NCBI GenBank assembly: GCA_965220085.1 | Contig: CBDCOZ010000003.1 | Span: 704,001-768,000 of the forward strand | Direction: 5' to 3' | Length of the DNA stretch: 64,000 nucleotides | Source of the DNA: Candidatus Oxydemutatoraceae bacterium | GTDB taxonomy: Bacteria; Pseudomonadota; Gammaproteobacteria; Poriferisulfidales; Oxydemutatoraceae | Shown: piece after piece, positions 33,672 through 42,920 of the stretch | How positions within the stretch are numbered: the stretch's first letter is position 1 | Layout of the letters: each line of letters starts with the position of its first letter | Notes under the pieces: generated by a model | The model's database searches: none | What the model saw: only the letters and a program-made list of their open reading frames with translations | What the model was told of the DNA's origin: nothing | Translations under genes and position numbers: made by a program

Positions 33672-34595
33672 ATGCACTGCCAAATTTTTGATACTGCCCT
33701 CCGGCACTGGCGGGCAACGATGACGCGGCGCAACCTCTGGTCATTGGTTCTGCTCGCCCTGCTCGCTGTCTGCGGTCAGGCGCAGGCGCAAACCGCATGT
33801 CCCCAAGGGCAAACGCGAGTCACGAGTTCGGTCCTTCTGTCCACCGGTTGCTTTGACGATGCCTTAATCCCGATTCTGAATGACTGCAAAAAAGCGGGAT
33901 GGAGAGGCGAGGACGCGGAGGGAGTGTTTCTTAGTCTCGGGGAACTGGCTTGCGAGATTCCTTCGAGTGAAGCAGGTGGCTCCAGTGCGCAATCGTGCTA
34001 CATTGTTTCGGCAATCGGGAGCACCCCGCTCTGCGCAACTATGTATGGCGACCCGCCGGTTTTTCCAAAAGCGGCGGAATATCCTCATGTCCGCCCCGGA
34101 AGCGGACGCACTTTTACCGCAAACTGCGACAATTCGCCCGCCGGCACAACAGTCCCCGGCGGTTATCCGCCGAACCACAACCTCAACGGCGAAACCGAAT
34201 GCTCCTGCGATTTGGATTCGCACATCGGCACATGGCCGAACTGCGTTGCCACGCCGGATTTGACCCGCGCCCAACGGGAGGGGATTGGCACATGCGCGAG
34301 TCGGTGGAGTGTTTCCACCGCCACCGCTTCTATCAAATGCGAAATCCCGCTGACTTCGGGCGGGACGAATTATGACGGTTGCTTTTTTGGCGAGGGCCCG
34401 CCGCGGTGCGCCGATGTGTTCGGCGAAGAATATGCCTTTCCCGATGAAACGCTTCCGGTTCAGGAGCGATATGTTTTCAACTGCGGGGAGGGCATGATTC
34501 CGGCAGGTGCGAATCTGAATGGCGCGACGGAATGCGTGCGCCAACCGTACTTGCGGCTACGGTTGCGTCTTTTCCTTGAGGGCCCGTTGCGGTAG
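33672..34595 (+). CDS. LEGPLR-tail secreted Cys-rich protein 5
   Basis: MHCQIFDTAL...TRRNLWSLVLLALLAVCGQAQA; two NLNG(E/A)TEC-ending modules; tail YLRLRLRLFLEGPLR. Confidence 0.88.
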   Translation: MHCQIFDTALRHWRATMTRRNLWSLVLLALLAVCGQAQAQTACPQGQTRVTSSVLLSTGCFDDALIPILNDCKKAGWRGEDAEGVFLSLGELACEIPSSEAGGSSAQSCYIVSAIGSTPLCATMYGDPPVFPKAAEYPHVRPGSGRTFTANCDNSPAGTTVPGGYPPNHNLNGETECSCDLDSHIGTWPNCVATPDLTRAQREGIGTCASRWSVSTATASIKCEIPLTSGGTNYDGCFFGEGPPRCADVFGEEYAFPDETLPVQERYVFNCGEGMIPAGANLNGATECVRQPYLRLRLRLFLEGPLR

Positions 34596-34770
34596 CGCGA
34601 GTGACCGGCGGCGGAGCAGGGGAGTGTCGTGGGGTGTGCAAGGGTGAGGCAGGTACGGAGTATGTACACAAACAACATTTAATGAGGCACGGTAGTAAGA
34701 GCACAGTGATAAGAGCACAAACAATACTTAATTGTTTGTGGCTTCCTGAGTTGTTTGCGGATTGTTAATT

Positions 34771-34884
34771 GTTTGCGGAGTTTGAAGCGGGTTGTTGATG
34801 GCCGATACGCGGACATTCAATAATTGTCGGATAAAGTATCTGCTATGGTGTAACACCCAACGGCCGCGCTATGGACTGGAACTT
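34771..34884 (+). mobile_element. Degenerate fragment of IS481 transposase 3' region
   Basis: gtttgcggagtttgaagcggg...tatggtgtaacacccaacggccgcgctatgga aligns by eye to 54452-54560. Confidence 0.7.
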
Positions 34885-34885
34885 C

Positions 34886-35257
34886 TATTGGGGGCTGGTA
34901 CGGGCCGATTTTTTGAAAGCGTCGGTCTACCTCGTCATGTTGACAATCTTACTCGGCTACAGGGCATATTTTTCGGTCTTCGTGCGGGAAATTCTCAAGC
35001 GGTGATAAACGGCTTCCCCTATTTTGCAGTGTCCTCGCTTGTGCCCTTGCCGCCCCTGCGCCTGCGCTTTTTCCTTCAAGATCCTTGCAATAATGCGAGT
35101 ATCCTGCGGCAGAGCAGGGGAGTATTACGGGGCGCAGACAAGGGGAGCGAGGCAGGATACCAAGGCACTTGCAAATGACTGACACTGTGGTATAGTGCGC
35201 TAAATGAGGGAAACAATGGACAATTCAACTCTTGTAAATGACTCGCACCTTGTGGCA
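34886..35257 (+). repeat. 372-bp direct repeat copy 2 (msrQ 3' fragment to 35005 + degenerate tail/hairpin + promoters)
   Basis: Near-identical to 30622..30993. Confidence 0.9.
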
Positions 35258-35376
35258 GAGTGCGCCAAATGAGGGAAACAATGGACAACTCAACTTTTAT
35301 AAATGACTCGCACCTTGTGGCAGAGTACACAGCACTAGGCAATCCACAAACAGTTTGTGCCTCACTAAGAAGCCAC

Positions 35377-35513
35377 AAACAACGAATCAAGGACACACAA
35401 ACAACAAATCGAAGATACACAAACAACGAATCAAGGACACACAAACAACGAAGTTGTTTGTGCTTCTTATCATGTGCTTCTTATCATGTGCTTCTTATCA
35501 TGTGCCTCTCATC
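35377..35513 (+). repeat. Short tandem repeats in 5' leader: 22-bp x3.5 and 14-bp x3-4
   Basis: caaacaacgaatcaaggacaca units; tgtgcttcttatca units. Confidence 0.8.
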
Positions 35514-35574
35514 ACTGTGTACATATACCGTGCAACTACATTCACTAGGCACATGCCATAAGGAGTAATAGATT

Positions 35575-37003
35575 ATGAATAGACAAAACTTTAATACTAC
35601 CCCCCCCCCCCCCCCCCCCCCCTCGCTATGTAAATAAGGGGATTGCGGGCACTTGGCTGTATCGCCTCGCCGCCCGCTTTCTGCAAGTACTTCGCTCCTT
35701 CCCACACTGGCGGGTAACACTAACCCGGCTTAGCCTCCGGTCGCTTATTCTGTCGGTCCTGTTTGCCGTCTGCACACCGGCCCAGTCGCACAGCGCCCAT
35801 CCGCCTGGCAACGCAGACCCGACCACGGTTGGTCTGGCCAAACCGTTAGCCCTGAGTAACACCATATTAGTGTTGCAAGATGCTAACGCCGACAACCCGT
35901 ACACTTTCAAGCGGGCCGACTTCGGCTATTCGGATAGCGACCGAGACAGCCTGCAACACATAACCATAAAGAGCCTGCCGGCTCTTGGCACATTGCAGGT
36001 GGACGGCACCGCCGCCACTGAGGAACAGACTGTGGCGCCCGCCGACTTCGGCACCATCACCTGGTATCCGCCGGCAAATGCGTCGGCGAAGATTAGCTAC
36101 ACCAGTTTCACCTACAGCGTCACCGCCGGCAACGAGGAATCCAATTTAGACGCCACCGTGACCATAAATCTTTTATCAACCGAGCAAGTCCCTGCCACCG
36201 GCGCGCCCGAACTGACGAACTCGGAAACTTTCAGCAGTCAGACCACATACAACGATGGCAATAGGCTCCTGATCAGGATTGGGTCTTCGCCTGTCGACCT
36301 CAACGGCATAAACTACGATACTCTGGAATATATATACCAACAGTCCCCCGCCGCAGACGGCACATACGCCACTTTCAGAGGTCCGCTCGGTATAAGAGTG
36401 CGTAATAGCGAAGTATTCATAATCCGGCAGTCCAATGTGGGCCAATACATCCGCGTATGCGTGACCTTTATGGATCTGCACGCCACCCCCAACAGCGAGG
36501 GGCCGCTGTGCTCCGCCGGCGCCCTTGTAACAAATGTGAGCGACCAGCCCGTCGGCGGTGACAGCGTCGTTGAGGTGCCGGTAACTGCCAGTTCCGCCGA
36601 CCCGCACCGCTTTGTGCGGGCGGACTTTCCCTTCAGCGATGCGGATGGCGACACCATCAACGGCATACGCATAACCGCCCTGCCCGCGACGGGCACTTTG
36701 GCGCTGGCGGGCGATGCCGCTTTCACGATAAGCACAGGCACCGAGTTGACACTGGATCAGTTGGATACCTTGGCATACTATCCGGATGCCAATGCTGCCG
36801 TTGGCGCGGGCTATGCGACATTCGCCTACAGAGTGCGGGATACCGGCGATGTCAGCGCCACAGTCCGAAGGTGCACTCCAACGGGCGGGTGTAGATCGAT
36901 CCCCGGCAGCACCAACGAGGCCGCAGCCGATTCCACCCTCACCATAGACTTGGGGGTGATTGCCTTGCGCTTGCGTCTTTTTCTGGAGGGCCCGTTGCGA
37001 TGA
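35575..37003 (+). CDS. LEGPLR-tail secreted protein 6 (cadherin/Ig-like), frameshifted at poly-C (23 C)
   Basis: ATG 35575 MNRQNFNTTPPPPPPPSLCK*; one C fewer joins RYVNKG...HWRVTLTRLSLRSLILSVLFAVC to ORF 35870..37003 ending ALRLRLFLEGPLR. Confidence 0.8.
35600..35622 (+). repeat. poly-C tract (23)
   Basis: C x23. Confidence 0.9.
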
Positions 37004-37046
37004 TGGGAAACACACTTTATGTACAAACCACATTAGGAGTAATACT

Positions 37047-38033
37047 ATGAATCAACAAATTTCTAATACTGCCCCGCATTGGCGGGCAACGATGACGTGG
37101 CGTAGCCTCCGGTTGCCGGTTCTGCTCGCCATGCTCGCCGTCTGCGCTCAGGCGCAAACGCAAACTTGTCCGGTGGGGCAGGAGGATGTCGGCGGCGTTT
37201 GCCATGCTGTTTGTGCCGAAGGGCAGGCGCGAGTCACGAGCAGTGTGGTTGAAGTCGGAAGCGGCCCCGCTACCGGGTGCTTTTCCGATGTATTAGCCTC
37301 GTATGCGAAGGCTTGCGAAAACATGGGATGGTTAGCCGATTCGCTCGGGACGTTTCTGCACCTCGGAGAACTGGTTTGCGGGATCCCCTCTCAGTTGTAT
37401 CCTGATACTGGTCGTATTCAGTCGGGTTCCTCGTGCTTTCTGGCAGGAAGCGCCGACCGGCTGTGTACGGACATGTATGGTGATCCGCCTGTTTTTCCCA
37501 AAGCGGAAGACCACCCTAATGTTAATCAATTTAGCGAGAGGGGGGGAAATCACCTCAGCGATTCCTTTGTGGCAAATTGTGCTCGGGGCGGGAATGTTCC
37601 CGGCGGCTATCCGCCGGGTCACAACCTCAACGGCGAAACCGAATGCACCTGCGATTTGGACTCGCACATCGGCACATGGCCGGACTGCACGGCCTTTCCG
37701 ACCGGCTTAACCTCCGCCGAGCGGGAGGGGGTTCGCACATGTGCGAATCAAGGGTGGGATGTTTCCACCGGCACCGCCTTCTTCAAATGCGACATCCCGC
37801 TGATCTCCGGCGAGGGTACTTTTGACGAGTGCTTTTTCGGTCCGGGTACGCCGCAGTGCGCGGATGTATTCGGCGCGGAGTTTGCCTTCCCGGAACAGGA
37901 GGATTCGGTTCGGTATGTTTTCAGTTGCGGGGCGGGCATGTTTCCGGCGGGGGCGAATACGAATGGCGCAACGGAATGTACCGCCCACCTGCGCTTGCGG
38001 TTGCGCCTTTTTCTGGAGGGCCCGTTGCGATGA
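37047..38033 (+). CDS. LEGPLR-tail secreted Cys-rich protein 7
   Basis: AGGAG RBS; MNQQISNTAPHWRATMTWRSLRLPVLLAMLAVCAQAQ; two Cys modules; tail HLRLRLRLFLEGPLR. Confidence 0.88.
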   Translation: MNQQISNTAPHWRATMTWRSLRLPVLLAMLAVCAQAQTQTCPVGQEDVGGVCHAVCAEGQARVTSSVVEVGSGPATGCFSDVLASYAKACENMGWLADSLGTFLHLGELVCGIPSQLYPDTGRIQSGSSCFLAGSADRLCTDMYGDPPVFPKAEDHPNVNQFSERGGNHLSDSFVANCARGGNVPGGYPPGHNLNGETECTCDLDSHIGTWPDCTAFPTGLTSAEREGVRTCANQGWDVSTGTAFFKCDIPLISGEGTFDECFFGPGTPQCADVFGAEFAFPEQEDSVRYVFSCGAGMFPAGANTNGATECTAHLRLRLRLFLEGPLR

Positions 38034-38076
38034 TGGGAAACACACTTTATGTACAAACCACATTAGGAGTAATACT

Positions 38077-39687
38077 ATGAATCAACAAATTTCTAATACT
38101 GCCCCGCATTGGCGGGCAACGATGACGTGGCGTAGCCTCCGGTTGCCGGTTCTGCTCGCCATGCTCGCCGTCTGCACTCAGGCGCAGGCGCAGGGCAATG
38201 CCACCGGCATGCCGGAAGTTACCTACGCCAGCGGCATAATGGTTCCCACCGAAGACTCCGCCATCACCGCAAACAAGGGCAACATACAAGACCCGGACAA
38301 CACTCCGACGACCGCCATCGGCGCCATCAGTTGGCAATGGAGCGCGGCCGATACCGATGGCGGCAACTACACCGACATAGCCATGGCGACCAATGACGCC
38401 TTTACTCCGGGCGATGACGAGGTGGGCAAGTTCCTGCAGGTCTGCGCATCTTTCACGGATAACGCCAGCAACAACGAGAAGCGCTGCCTGCAGATAGCCA
38501 CCGCCGTTGCCAACATCAACGACAAGCCGGTGCCTATCGCCAACACAATTTCGGTGAGCACCGCCGCCGATGCCGACAATCCCTACGTCTTCTCCGCGGA
38601 TGACTTTCCATTCACCGATGCGGACGACGACATGCTGGCGGGCATCAATTTAGTCACCCTGCCAGGAAGAGATCCTACAGCCGGGCCAGGCAGTCCGGGC
38701 ACCATGGCATTGAACGGAACGGCCTTGACCGCTGTCCCCGCAAGCACCATCACCGTAGCCCAACTGGAGGCCGGCGCCCTGACCTATTACCCGCCGCCGG
38801 GCGAGCAACCCACCGACCCCGATGCCCTCTTTCTCAGATTCGCCTTCTTCAACTTTGATGTGACGGACGATGGCAGCGATGGCAACACCAACAATGCCAG
38901 CAATGATGGCCAAACCATAGAGATACGACTGGTATCGGTGGCTCAGACTGCCGTCAGCGGCAGACCCAGAATAATAGTGGATGGCGCTCACGCCAGGGTC
39001 CGCACCCACGCTGAGGGCTCCCTGCTACAAGCCGACACCATTGGCATCGTTGAACCCAACGGCATAAACCGCAGCACTCTGGAGTGGCAGTGGCAGTCAT
39101 CCTCTGCCAGCGATGGCGCTTTCGCCGACATAAGCGGCGCCACCGAGGGCACATTCACCCCGGGCCAGGTCCATGTGGGCATGCACATCCGCGTCTGCGC
39201 CAGTTTTATGGACAATCACCCAACCCCGGAGACTGTGGAGGGCCTGTGCTCCCCCTCCATCCGGGTGACCGAGGCCAATGTTGCCCCCATCAGCGACGAT
39301 GCATCTGTGAGCGTATCCCCCGCCGCAACCGCGGCTCAGCCATACCGCTTCAAGGTCTCTGACTTCCCGTTCAGGGACACCGTCGGCGACCGCCTGCTCG
39401 GAATAACCATAGTTTCCACCGTAGAATCCGGCAAGGGCACGCTCCGCTTTTCGAGTCTGGAGATTACCCTCAGAGACAACCTAGACACCTTCGTCATAGA
39501 CGGGTCTCGAATACCAGAGTTCACCTACTACCCCCCTGCGGGTAGCGGTATCACCTCCGACTTCGCCACTTTCAGATTCAGAGTAAGCGATGGCAAAGCG
39601 GAAAGCGCAATCCACGCCATGACCATACATCTGGCGGAGCACCTGCGGTTGCGCTTGCGCCTTTTCCTTGAGGGCCCGTTGCGGTAG
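38077..39687 (+). CDS. LEGPLR-tail secreted protein 8 (Ig-like and cadherin-like domains)
   Basis: Leader nearly identical to protein 7; body paralogous to protein 4 except the last domain; tail HLRLRLRLFLEGPLR. Confidence 0.88.
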   Translation: MNQQISNTAPHWRATMTWRSLRLPVLLAMLAVCTQAQAQGNATGMPEVTYASGIMVPTEDSAITANKGNIQDPDNTPTTAIGAISWQWSAADTDGGNYTDIAMATNDAFTPGDDEVGKFLQVCASFTDNASNNEKRCLQIATAVANINDKPVPIANTISVSTAADADNPYVFSADDFPFTDADDDMLAGINLVTLPGRDPTAGPGSPGTMALNGTALTAVPASTITVAQLEAGALTYYPPPGEQPTDPDALFLRFAFFNFDVTDDGSDGNTNNASNDGQTIEIRLVSVAQTAVSGRPRIIVDGAHARVRTHAEGSLLQADTIGIVEPNGINRSTLEWQWQSSSASDGAFADISGATEGTFTPGQVHVGMHIRVCASFMDNHPTPETVEGLCSPSIRVTEANVAPISDDASVSVSPAATAAQPYRFKVSDFPFRDTVGDRLLGITIVSTVESGKGTLRFSSLEITLRDNLDTFVIDGSRIPEFTYYPPAGSGITSDFATFRFRVSDGKAESAIHAMTIHLAEHLRLRLRLFLEGPLR

Positions 39688-39749
39688 CGCGAGTGACCGG
39701 CGGCGGAGCAGGGGAGTGTCGTGGAGTGCGCAAGGGGGTGAGGATACAA

Positions 39750-39971
39750 ATGAATGCATTCAATGAGCGCTTATCGCCTCTTTTTGAAGGGTTTGCAGAA
39801 TTGAAGCGGGTTTGTTGCTGACCGATACGCGGGCATTCAATAATTGTCGGATAGGCTATCCGCTATGGTTTCACACCGCCGCGAAGGGACTACACTACGG
39901 GCTGAGGCTTCAAGCGCCTATGACACACACAATATTTGCCTCAGGCGTCCGATATGTCATGGCATCATGCA
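39750..39971 (+). mobile_element. Degenerate IS481 3' end including right terminal repeat
   Basis: atgaatgcattcaatgagcg...ggcatcatgca aligns by eye to 54408-54632. Confidence 0.75.
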
Positions 39972-40034
39972 ACCGCTTCCCCGACGGCAAAATACTTTGC
40001 TATAATTGGCTTTCTGACTCAGGGGGTATTACAA

Positions 40035-41285
40035 ATGTTTAAGTCTGATATGAATATTGCGGAGTTTGATCCGCAGTTGGCCGCCGCTCTTGCCGCAGAA
40101 CGCAAGCGACAGGAAGAGCATGTTGAATTAATTGCTTCCGAAAATTATGCGAGTCCGCGGGTGATGGAAGCGCAAGGGTCGGCGATGACCAACAAATATG
40201 CCGAAGGGTATCCGGCCAAGCGCTATTACGGCGGTTGCGAGCATGTCGATGTGGCCGAGCAGTTGGCGATCGATCGCTTGAACGAGCTCTACGGCAGCGA
40301 CTACGCAAACGTGCAACCGCATTCCGGTTCGCAAGCGAACGCGGCGGTTTATCTTGCGTTGTGCCTGCCGGGCGATACGATTATGGGCATGAGTCTCGCC
40401 CATGGCGGACACTTGACGCACGGCGCCAAAGTAAACTTTTCCGGCAAGATATTCAATGCGGCGCAATACGGCATCGATGACGACGGCCGGTTGGAGTATG
40501 ACAAGATTCGCCAACTGGCGCTGGAAAGCAAGCCGAAAATGCTGATCGCCGGGTTCTCGGCTTATTCGCAAGTGATTGACTGGCAACGGATGCGCGCGAT
40601 TGCCGATGAGGTCGGGGCCTATTTTGTGGTCGATATGGCGCATGTCTCGGGCCTGGTTGCGGCGGACGAATATCCCAACCCGGTGCCGCACGCGCATGTG
40701 GTTACCTCGACGACGCACAAAACTTTGCGCGGCCCGCGCGGCGGTTTTATCATTTGCCGGGCAAACGAGGAGCTCGAGAAGAAATTAAACTCGATGGTTT
40801 TTCCGGGCATGCAGGGCGGGCCGTTGATGCATGTGATCGCGGCCAAAGCGGTCGCTTTCAAGGAAGCGTTGCAACCGGACTTCAAAGACTACATACGCGC
40901 GGTCAAGAGCAACGCGCGGATTATGGCAAAGACTTTGACGGAGCGCGGTTACGATGTGGTTTCCGGCGGCACGGAGAATCATCTGATGTTGGTCAGTTTG
41001 ATTGCAAAAGGGATTACCGGCAAGGCCGCCGACGCCGCATTGGGGCGGGCGAATATCACGGTGAATAAAAACAGCGTTCCGAATGACCCCAATTCGCCTT
41101 TTGTAACCGGCGGCCTGCGTTTTGGCACGCCCGCTATTACGACACGCGGGTTTGACGGCGAGACGACGGTTTATCTGACCGGGCTGATTTGCGATGTGCT
41201 CGATGACATCGGGAACGAAGACAAGATTCGCGAAGTCAAAGCCAAAGTCGTTGAGTTGTGTCGCAAATATCCGGTCTATGGATAA
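40035..41285 (+). CDS. glyA: Serine hydroxymethyltransferase
   Basis: [34 protein letters not shown]. Confidence 0.98.
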   Translation: MFKSDMNIAEFDPQLAAALAAERKRQEEHVELIASENYASPRVMEAQGSAMTNKYAEGYPAKRYYGGCEHVDVAEQLAIDRLNELYGSDYANVQPHSGSQANAAVYLALCLPGDTIMGMSLAHGGHLTHGAKVNFSGKIFNAAQYGIDDDGRLEYDKIRQLALESKPKMLIAGFSAYSQVIDWQRMRAIADEVGAYFVVDMAHVSGLVAADEYPNPVPHAHVVTSTTHKTLRGPRGGFIICRANEELEKKLNSMVFPGMQGGPLMHVIAAKAVAFKEALQPDFKDYIRAVKSNARIMAKTLTERGYDVVSGGTENHLMLVSLIAKGITGKAADAALGRANITVNKNSVPNDPNSPFVTGGLRFGTPAITTRGFDGETTVYLTGLICDVLDDIGNEDKIREVKAKVVELCRKYPVYG

Positions 41286-41293
41286 GCATACGC

Positions 41294-41794
41294 GTGAAGT
41301 GCCCCCGTTGCGGATCTGACAAAGACAACATCAAGGTCGTTGATTCCCGACCGATCGATGACGGTATCAGACGGCGGCGCAAATGCGACGCATGCGGACA
41401 CCGATTCACGACCGTTGAAACGGTCAGCGCCAAGCGCGCAAAAATTATCAAACGCGCCGGTCGCCGTGAGAGCTTCGATGACAGAAAACTGCGCGCCGGC
41501 ATCGAAGCGGTTCTTGCAAAGCGCGATGTGCCGGACGCAAAAATAAACGAGTTGATCGAAAGCATTCAATGCCACGTTACTTCCACGCACCATCCCGAAA
41601 TAAAATCGGCGGAGATTGCGCGCATGGTGATGCGCGGTCTGGAAGAGATCGATCCCATCGCCTATGTCCGCTACGCCTCGTCATATCGCCGCTTTAAGGA
41701 TGCCGGAATCTTAGACGCGGCTCAGCATATTCATGCGCAGAATCTCGCACAGGAAAACTTCCCGTTTGAAGATATCGCAGACGATGACGACTGA
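41294..41794 (+). CDS. nrdR: Transcriptional repressor NrdR
   Basis: KCPRC...VVDSR...IRRRRKC..C..RFTT.E, ATP-cone, AYVRYAS. Confidence 0.95.
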   Translation: MKCPRCGSDKDNIKVVDSRPIDDGIRRRRKCDACGHRFTTVETVSAKRAKIIKRAGRRESFDDRKLRAGIEAVLAKRDVPDAKINELIESIQCHVTSTHHPEIKSAEIARMVMRGLEEIDPIAYVRYASSYRRFKDAGILDAAQHIHAQNLAQENFPFEDIADDDD

Positions 41795-42902
41795 AGTCAC
41801 ATATATGCGGCGCGCTCTGGAGTTGGCGCGGCGCGGAATATATACGACGCACCCGAATCCGAGAGTCGGTTGTGTCATCGTCAAGGGCGGCGAGATCGTC
41901 GGCGAAGGTTTCCATGCGCATGCCGGCGGGCCGCATGCCGAAATCGTCGCGCTGGAGGCGGCTGGCAAGGCGGCGCAGGGCGCCGATGTCTATGTCACTT
42001 TGGAGCCGTGCAACCATACCGGCAGGACCGGGGCGTGTTGCGATGCCTTGCTTGCGGCGGGCGTAGCGCATGTCTTTGTCGGCTCGCGTGATCCGAACCC
42101 GCTGGTAGACGGCGGCGGAGTCAAGGCGCTGGAAGCGGCCGGCGCACGGGTCACATGCGGTGTGTGTTCCGCCGAGTGCGAAGCGCTGAATGACGGATTC
42201 TTTTCCAGAATGCGTCGCAAGCGGCCTTGGGTCAGGATTAAATCCGCCATCAGCCTGGACGGGCGCAGCGCGCTCGCAACGGGCAAAAGCGCATGGATTA
42301 GCGGCGAGGCGGCGCGGCGCGATGTGCAGTTCTGGCGCGCCCGCAGCGATGTGCTGATGACAGGACACGGCACGGCGCTTGCCGACAACCCCCGTCTCAA
42401 TGTGCGTTTGAGCGCCGCCGAATTGGGTATTGCCGGCGCCGTGCGCCAACCTATGCGCGTAGTGGCGGACAGCCGCTTGCGCACATCGCCGACGGCTGCG
42501 GTATATCGTCGGGACAGCGGCAGGGCGGCTGTTGCGACATGCGCGGGCGATGCGGCAAGGCGCGCTATGTTTCGGGATGGCGGCACGGAGGTCTTGGAGT
42601 TTGAGGCGGAAGATGACCGTGTGCCGTTGGGCGCTTTGTTTGAAACCTTGAGCCGTCGGTTTGAAATCAACGAAGCGCAAGTCGAAGCCGGGCCCGTGCT
42701 ATGCGGCAAATTGATAGAGGAAGGTTTGTGTGACGAGCTGTTGTTATATGTCGCGCCTAAGCTTATCGGACAGCGGGGCCGGGCGCTGGCGCAGTTCAAA
42801 AATGTCATTGAAGATATGAGCGGTTGCTCTGAATTTGATTATCACGATACGCGCATGGTCGGAGCGGATATGAGGCTCTTGCTGCGCCCTGCCGGCGTCT
42901 GA
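41784..42902 (+). CDS. ribD: Riboflavin biosynthesis deaminase/reductase
   Basis: PNPRVGC, HAE, TLEPC, SLDG, VEAGP. Confidence 0.96.
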   Translation: MTTEVTYMRRALELARRGIYTTHPNPRVGCVIVKGGEIVGEGFHAHAGGPHAEIVALEAAGKAAQGADVYVTLEPCNHTGRTGACCDALLAAGVAHVFVGSRDPNPLVDGGGVKALEAAGARVTCGVCSAECEALNDGFFSRMRRKRPWVRIKSAISLDGRSALATGKSAWISGEAARRDVQFWRARSDVLMTGHGTALADNPRLNVRLSAAELGIAGAVRQPMRVVADSRLRTSPTAAVYRRDSGRAAVATCAGDAARRAMFRDGGTEVLEFEAEDDRVPLGALFETLSRRFEINEAQVEAGPVLCGKLIEEGLCDELLLYVAPKLIGQRGRALAQFKNVIEDMSGCSEFDYHDTRMVGADMRLLLRPAGV

Positions 42903-42920
42903 GAGACAAGAGCGGAGTTT

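Noticed and set aside
31781-38076. N-terminal extensions of track ORFs starting at 31781, 33558, 36960 and 37822
   Set aside because: AGGAG RBS and the conserved leader place the real starts at 31922, 33672, 37047 and 38077; the extensions are open linker sequence.
31922-39687. Diversity-generating retroelement explanation for paralogue variation
   Set aside because: No reverse transcriptase in the window; differences between proteins 4 and 8 include C/T and other non-adenine changes and indels.
30790-39750. Integron cassette array
   Set aside because: No tyrosine recombinase, no RYYYAAC/GTTRRRY cores seen, and the repeat is protein-coding.
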